From: Octopus bimaculoides
Lineage: Eukaryota
Assembly: GCF_001194135.2 (NCBI RefSeq)
Contig: NC_068996.1
Coordinates: 5,988,226 to 6,052,225 of the forward strand
Reading direction: 5' to 3'
Length of the DNA stretch: 64,000 bases
This document shows, in pieces, positions 59,737-64,000 of this stretch; the first letter of the stretch is position 1, and every line of letters begins with the position of its first letter. The position numbers and the translations under genes were made by a program. The notes under the pieces were generated by a model. It ran no database searches. It saw nothing but the letters and a program-made list of their open reading frames with translations, and was not told where the DNA came from.

Positions 59737-60610
59737 TAATCCTATTATAGGCACAAGACCTGAAATTTTTGGGGGAGGGGTTAGTTGATTAAATCAACCC
59801 CAGTAGTCAAATGGTGCTTATTTCATCAACTCCAAAAAGTTGAAAGGCAAAGTCGACCTCAGCAGAATTTGAACCCAGAACATAAAGACAGGCGAAATAC
59901 TGCTAAGCATTTTGCCTGGCATGCTAACAATTCTGCCAACTTGCCACATTAATGACTTCAAATTTTAGCACAAGGCCAGCAATTTTGCAGAAAGGAAGTA
60001 AATCGATTACAATTCAACTAGTACAAATTTTGACCCCTAAAAGGATAAGGGGCAAAGTCAACCTTGGCAAAATTACAACTCGGAACATAAAGACAGACAA
60101 AATGTCATTACGAATTTTTGCCTGGCATGCTAACGATTCTGCCAGCTCATCAAATTATCGATGATGATAATGCTTTCTACTATAGGCCTGAAATTTTGGG
60201 AGAGTAAGTCAATTACATCAACCCCAGTGTTTCATTGGTACTTAATTTATCAACCCACAAGAGGATGACAGGCAAGTTGACCTTGGCAGGATTTGAACTC
60301 AGAACGTAAAGACAGACAAAATGCCAATAAGCATTTTGCCTGGTGTGCTAATGATTCTGCCACTGCACCACTTTAATAATAATGATGATGATAATGGTGG
60401 TTTCTGATTTAGGCACAAAGCTAGACGTTTTGAGAGGTGGGTCTTAGTTGATTGCATCAACACCCCACTTGATTGGTACTGTATTTTATCAACCTCACTG
60501 AAATGTCGATTGATTTGACCAACCACAGCAGGATTCAAAGTGAAAATGTAAACAGCTGGAAGAAATACCACAAAGCATTTAGTCTGATGCTCTAACGATT
60601 CAGCTAATTC
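59737..60610 (-). mobile_element. Cluster of four head-to-tail SINE family A copies
   Basis: Copies at ~59737-59950, 59958-60150, 60172-60372 and 60405-60610, mostly separated by (AAT/GAT)n tails. Confidence 0.75.
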
Positions 60611-60619
60611 ACTACCCAT

Positions 60620-61740
60620 AATAATGATAATAATCAGTGATTCATTAGAGCCATACAAGCCATGTATAGCAGTGCTGTCAATAAGGTGAGAGTCAGCCTT
60701 GAATACAATGATGAATGTCACATGCAAGTTGGGATTCACTAGGGATCAATTCTTATTCACCATAATCCTCCAGGTCATAACAGAGGAATTCAAAACTGGA
60801 TGCACATGAGAACTGCTATATGCTGATAACCTCACTCTTATTGCAGAACTGGAGAAGTTCTAGGTATGCAAGCAAAACCTGGAATCAAAGGGCTTTAAAG
60901 TTAAGCAGGCAAAGACTAAAGTTGCTGTTAACAAGAAAGCAGATAAGACTCTCTTTTTGTCAGGTAAATGACCCTGCTCAATATGTAGGAAAATAGTGGG
61001 AAGTAACTCCATTCACTGCATCCAGTGTAAGTCATGGACACATAATTTACCTGTAATTCCACTGCATCTCTTAACAGATAAGGTTGCTTTCAATAAGCAC
61101 TAAAAGCACGTGGGACTTAGACTCTCCCAAATTCCCAGAAGGCGCTCTTAAAGCAGTAGTTAGTTTTTGCTACTTAAGTGACCAAATTAGTAACGGTGAT
61201 GGATACTCTGAAAGTATTATTTCTAGAATAGGCTGGAGGAAATTCAGAGAGTTACTACCTCTGTTTGCAACAAAAGGACTCTCTCTCAGAGTGAAAGGTA
61301 AATTGTATGATGCTGTTACACAAATGGCTATATTCCATGGTAGGGAGACATGGGTTCTGAATGCAGAGGACATGCGTGGACTGTAGAAGAATGAAAGTAG
61401 TATATTACATTGGATGTGCAACAACAGTGTGCATGAATGACCAAGTGCAACTGTGTTGAGAGAAAAGTTGGGCCTAAGAGGAATAAAATATGGTAAGCAG
61501 GAGAGGAGAATGCATTGGTTTGGACATGTGATACATAAGAGTAAAGACAGCTGTATACAGGAGTGCCTGTCACTGAAAGTGAATGGTACCTGTGGAAGAG
61601 GGAGACCCAGGAAGACCTGGGATGAAGTGGTGAGTATTAATCTCAGGATATTAGGGCTCACGGAAGAAATGACAATGGACCAAGATGACTGGCAATATGA
61701 GGTTCTAAAGAAGGCCCACCCATGTCAGCAAAACTGAATG
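60620..61740 (+). mobile_element. Decayed RTE-clade LINE (RT to C-terminus)
   Basis: ELLYADNL at ~60810-60830, GWRKFRELLPLFATKGLSLRVKGKLYDA and WFGHV..GRGRPRKTWDEVV. Same family as 16240-17880. Confidence 0.88.
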
Positions 61741-64000
61741 CTAGAAGCATCTCCTCTTCTAAACTGTATCTTTCTCTTCCTCACTTTTCCTCTTCATTAT
61801 TATTGTCTCACACTCTCCTGCCCTGCTCACTGCTTTCCCCCACCCCATCTTTATACCCAAGTTTTCACAATCACTGCAAACCCCATCCCTACTCACGCCT
61901 TGGGAATACTTGGCCATGTATATTATGACCTCCGTACCTTGAGGCCATGACCTGGCAATTGCCACAATTCATCTCTCTCCTCCTTACTCTACCATCCCAA
62001 TCTATGCTCTGATCTTTGAGAGACGATGGTGAAGTGCCAGGGTATATAATACCCTGGCACTTCATCATCGTCTCTCTCCTGCTCTCTCGCACTTTTGCTG
62101 TTTCCCCACTCTCTCTTTCCCTTATTCTTCTCTCTGGCTGAGTAACCATGTATCTCTCCTACAGCAACACATCTGTTTCTGCCCTCCTTCTTGATAACTC
62201 TCTCTCTCTCTCTCTCTCTCCGCTTCTCTTGATTTTCCCTCTGTGTAGGTAACCAAGTATTTCCTTTACATCAGCACACCTGTTTCTGTCTCTCTGTCAC
62301 ACACTAACCTTTCATCATCTGACACAAGATGCCCTCCTCCAATGCTTCCTCCTCTCTCAAAGAATTTTTGTCTTGCAAAGTTACTTGGAGACCCTGCTGG
62401 TGCTGGTGCCACATAAAAAGCATCCAGTCCAAACTGTGAAGTGGTTGGCATTTGGAAGGGCATCCAGCTGTAAAAACCATGCCAAAACTGACCTCACATA
62501 AAAAGCACTCAGCCCACTCTGTGAAGTGGTTGGTGTTAGGAAGGGCATCCAGCCATAAAAACCATACCAAAACAGACAGTGAAGCTTGGTGCAGGCTCCT
62601 GCTTGGCCAGCTCCTGTTAAACTGTCCAAGCCATGCCAGCATGGAAGGCAGACTTTAAATGATGAATCTCAATCATTCTAACATCTGGTAAGTATCTTTT
62701 CTCTTTTATTGGACGATGGCCATGCTGGGGCACTGCCTTGAAGGATTTAGTCAAACAAATCAACTCTTGTAAGCCTGGTACTTATTCTATGAGAACCTTT
62801 TGCCAAACCTCCAAGTTACAGGAATGTAAACAAACCAACACCAGTTGTCAAACAAGGGTGGAAGCAAACACAACACACAGATACATACACAGACATATAC
62901 GTGTATAGACAACTGGAGCCTGGTGCAGTCCTCTGGCTTGCCAGCTCCAATCAAGCCATCCAATGCATACAAGCTTGAAGAACGGACATTAAAAGATAAT
63001 AATGATGATGATGTACACATATGATGGGCTTCTTTCAATTTCCATCTACCAAATAAACTCATAAGGTTTTCGTTGGCCTGGTGCTATAGTAGAAGACATT
63101 TGTCCAAGGTGCCGCGCATTACATACTGAATCCAAGAGCACAAGGTTGGGAAGCAAGTTTCTTACCTACACACCCACATCTACACCTAAAAGGCAAAGTT
63201 GGCCCTGGCTGTGTTTGAATTCAAACAGCAAATAGCAGGAATGGTAACTGCAAAGCAATCTTTCCGATGCTCTAATACCTCTGTCAACTGACTGCTACGG
63301 ATACATGTAAGAATGTTTCACTAACGAGTTATTATAATTAAAACAGAAACACACCCAGAGTTATCAGTGTTTTTTATCAAACATCAGACTCGTTCTTCAT
63401 TAGTTGCCATATAGTTAATATTTAATGAATTTGTCTCTCAGGGTTTCCCTTCCCACAAAATTGACATTAATGCCAAAACAACTTTTTTTCTTTATGTGTG
63501 TAACTTCCATTAAGTTGAATTTTTTTTTCTTGGCCTACTACATAAGTATGTTAGCTTACACCCCCACACAAACCAGTATATATTGTTTTCAAGTTAATTT
63601 TTTTTTATACTTGCATAGAATAGGATTCATTGAAACAGGTTTTCTATGGCCAGATGCTCTTCCTGCAATCAACTCTCACCTATTTTCAAGCAAAATATTT
63701 TTCTGTGGTTGTGTATGCTTTCACAGGAGACTGAAAGTGAATGACATTGCTCACATAATGGTGTCCCTTGCTTGCAACTCTCGGCCAAGGAGACAAAACA
63801 CACACACACACATTGAAAGCAAATGAACAGAAAGAGTTACCACAACAGAGTTGAGAAAACAACAAACAGATGATAATCGCACCAGGATGTATTGTGAATG
63901 ATGCAGAAGAGATTAACCTTGGTAGACTTCAGAAATAATTAAAATGAATGAGCTTTAAATGTGAGATGAAGACATCAGTTGCATAGGTCTACCTACCATA

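Overview
AT-rich, microsatellite- and retroelement-dense eukaryotic DNA with 10 N-gaps. The SINE/LINE families and overall texture look like an octopus (cephalopod) draft assembly; this is inference. There is one intact protein-coding gene: a voltage-gated proton channel (Hv1/HVCN1, + strand). Its coding exons are 26823/26829-27327 and 28551-29098 (348 aa), and there is a probable TATA/Inr-driven first exon at 11464-11623 that would add MKVK in frame. The channel keeps the D112-equivalent selectivity residue and the RxWRxxRxxN S4 motif. It has Arg at the Zn-binding H140 position and a 128-aa Thr/Ser-rich tail after the coiled coil. The rest is TE debris (RTE, Hero, Tx1/L1, Penelope, Ty3/gypsy, maT mariner, hAT, several SINE families). 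The most unusual non-genic signals are (i) three sequence-unrelated type I hammerhead ribozyme motifs, each inside a foldback structure (6067-6106, 23503-23561, 25957-25997), and (ii) a ~17 kb zone (33.2-50.2 kb) of tandemly and invertedly amplified composite units that fuse Penelope RT fragments to decayed ankyrin/RING-like exons. All alignments were done by eye and no database searches were run. No CRISPR, rRNA or intact tRNA was found.
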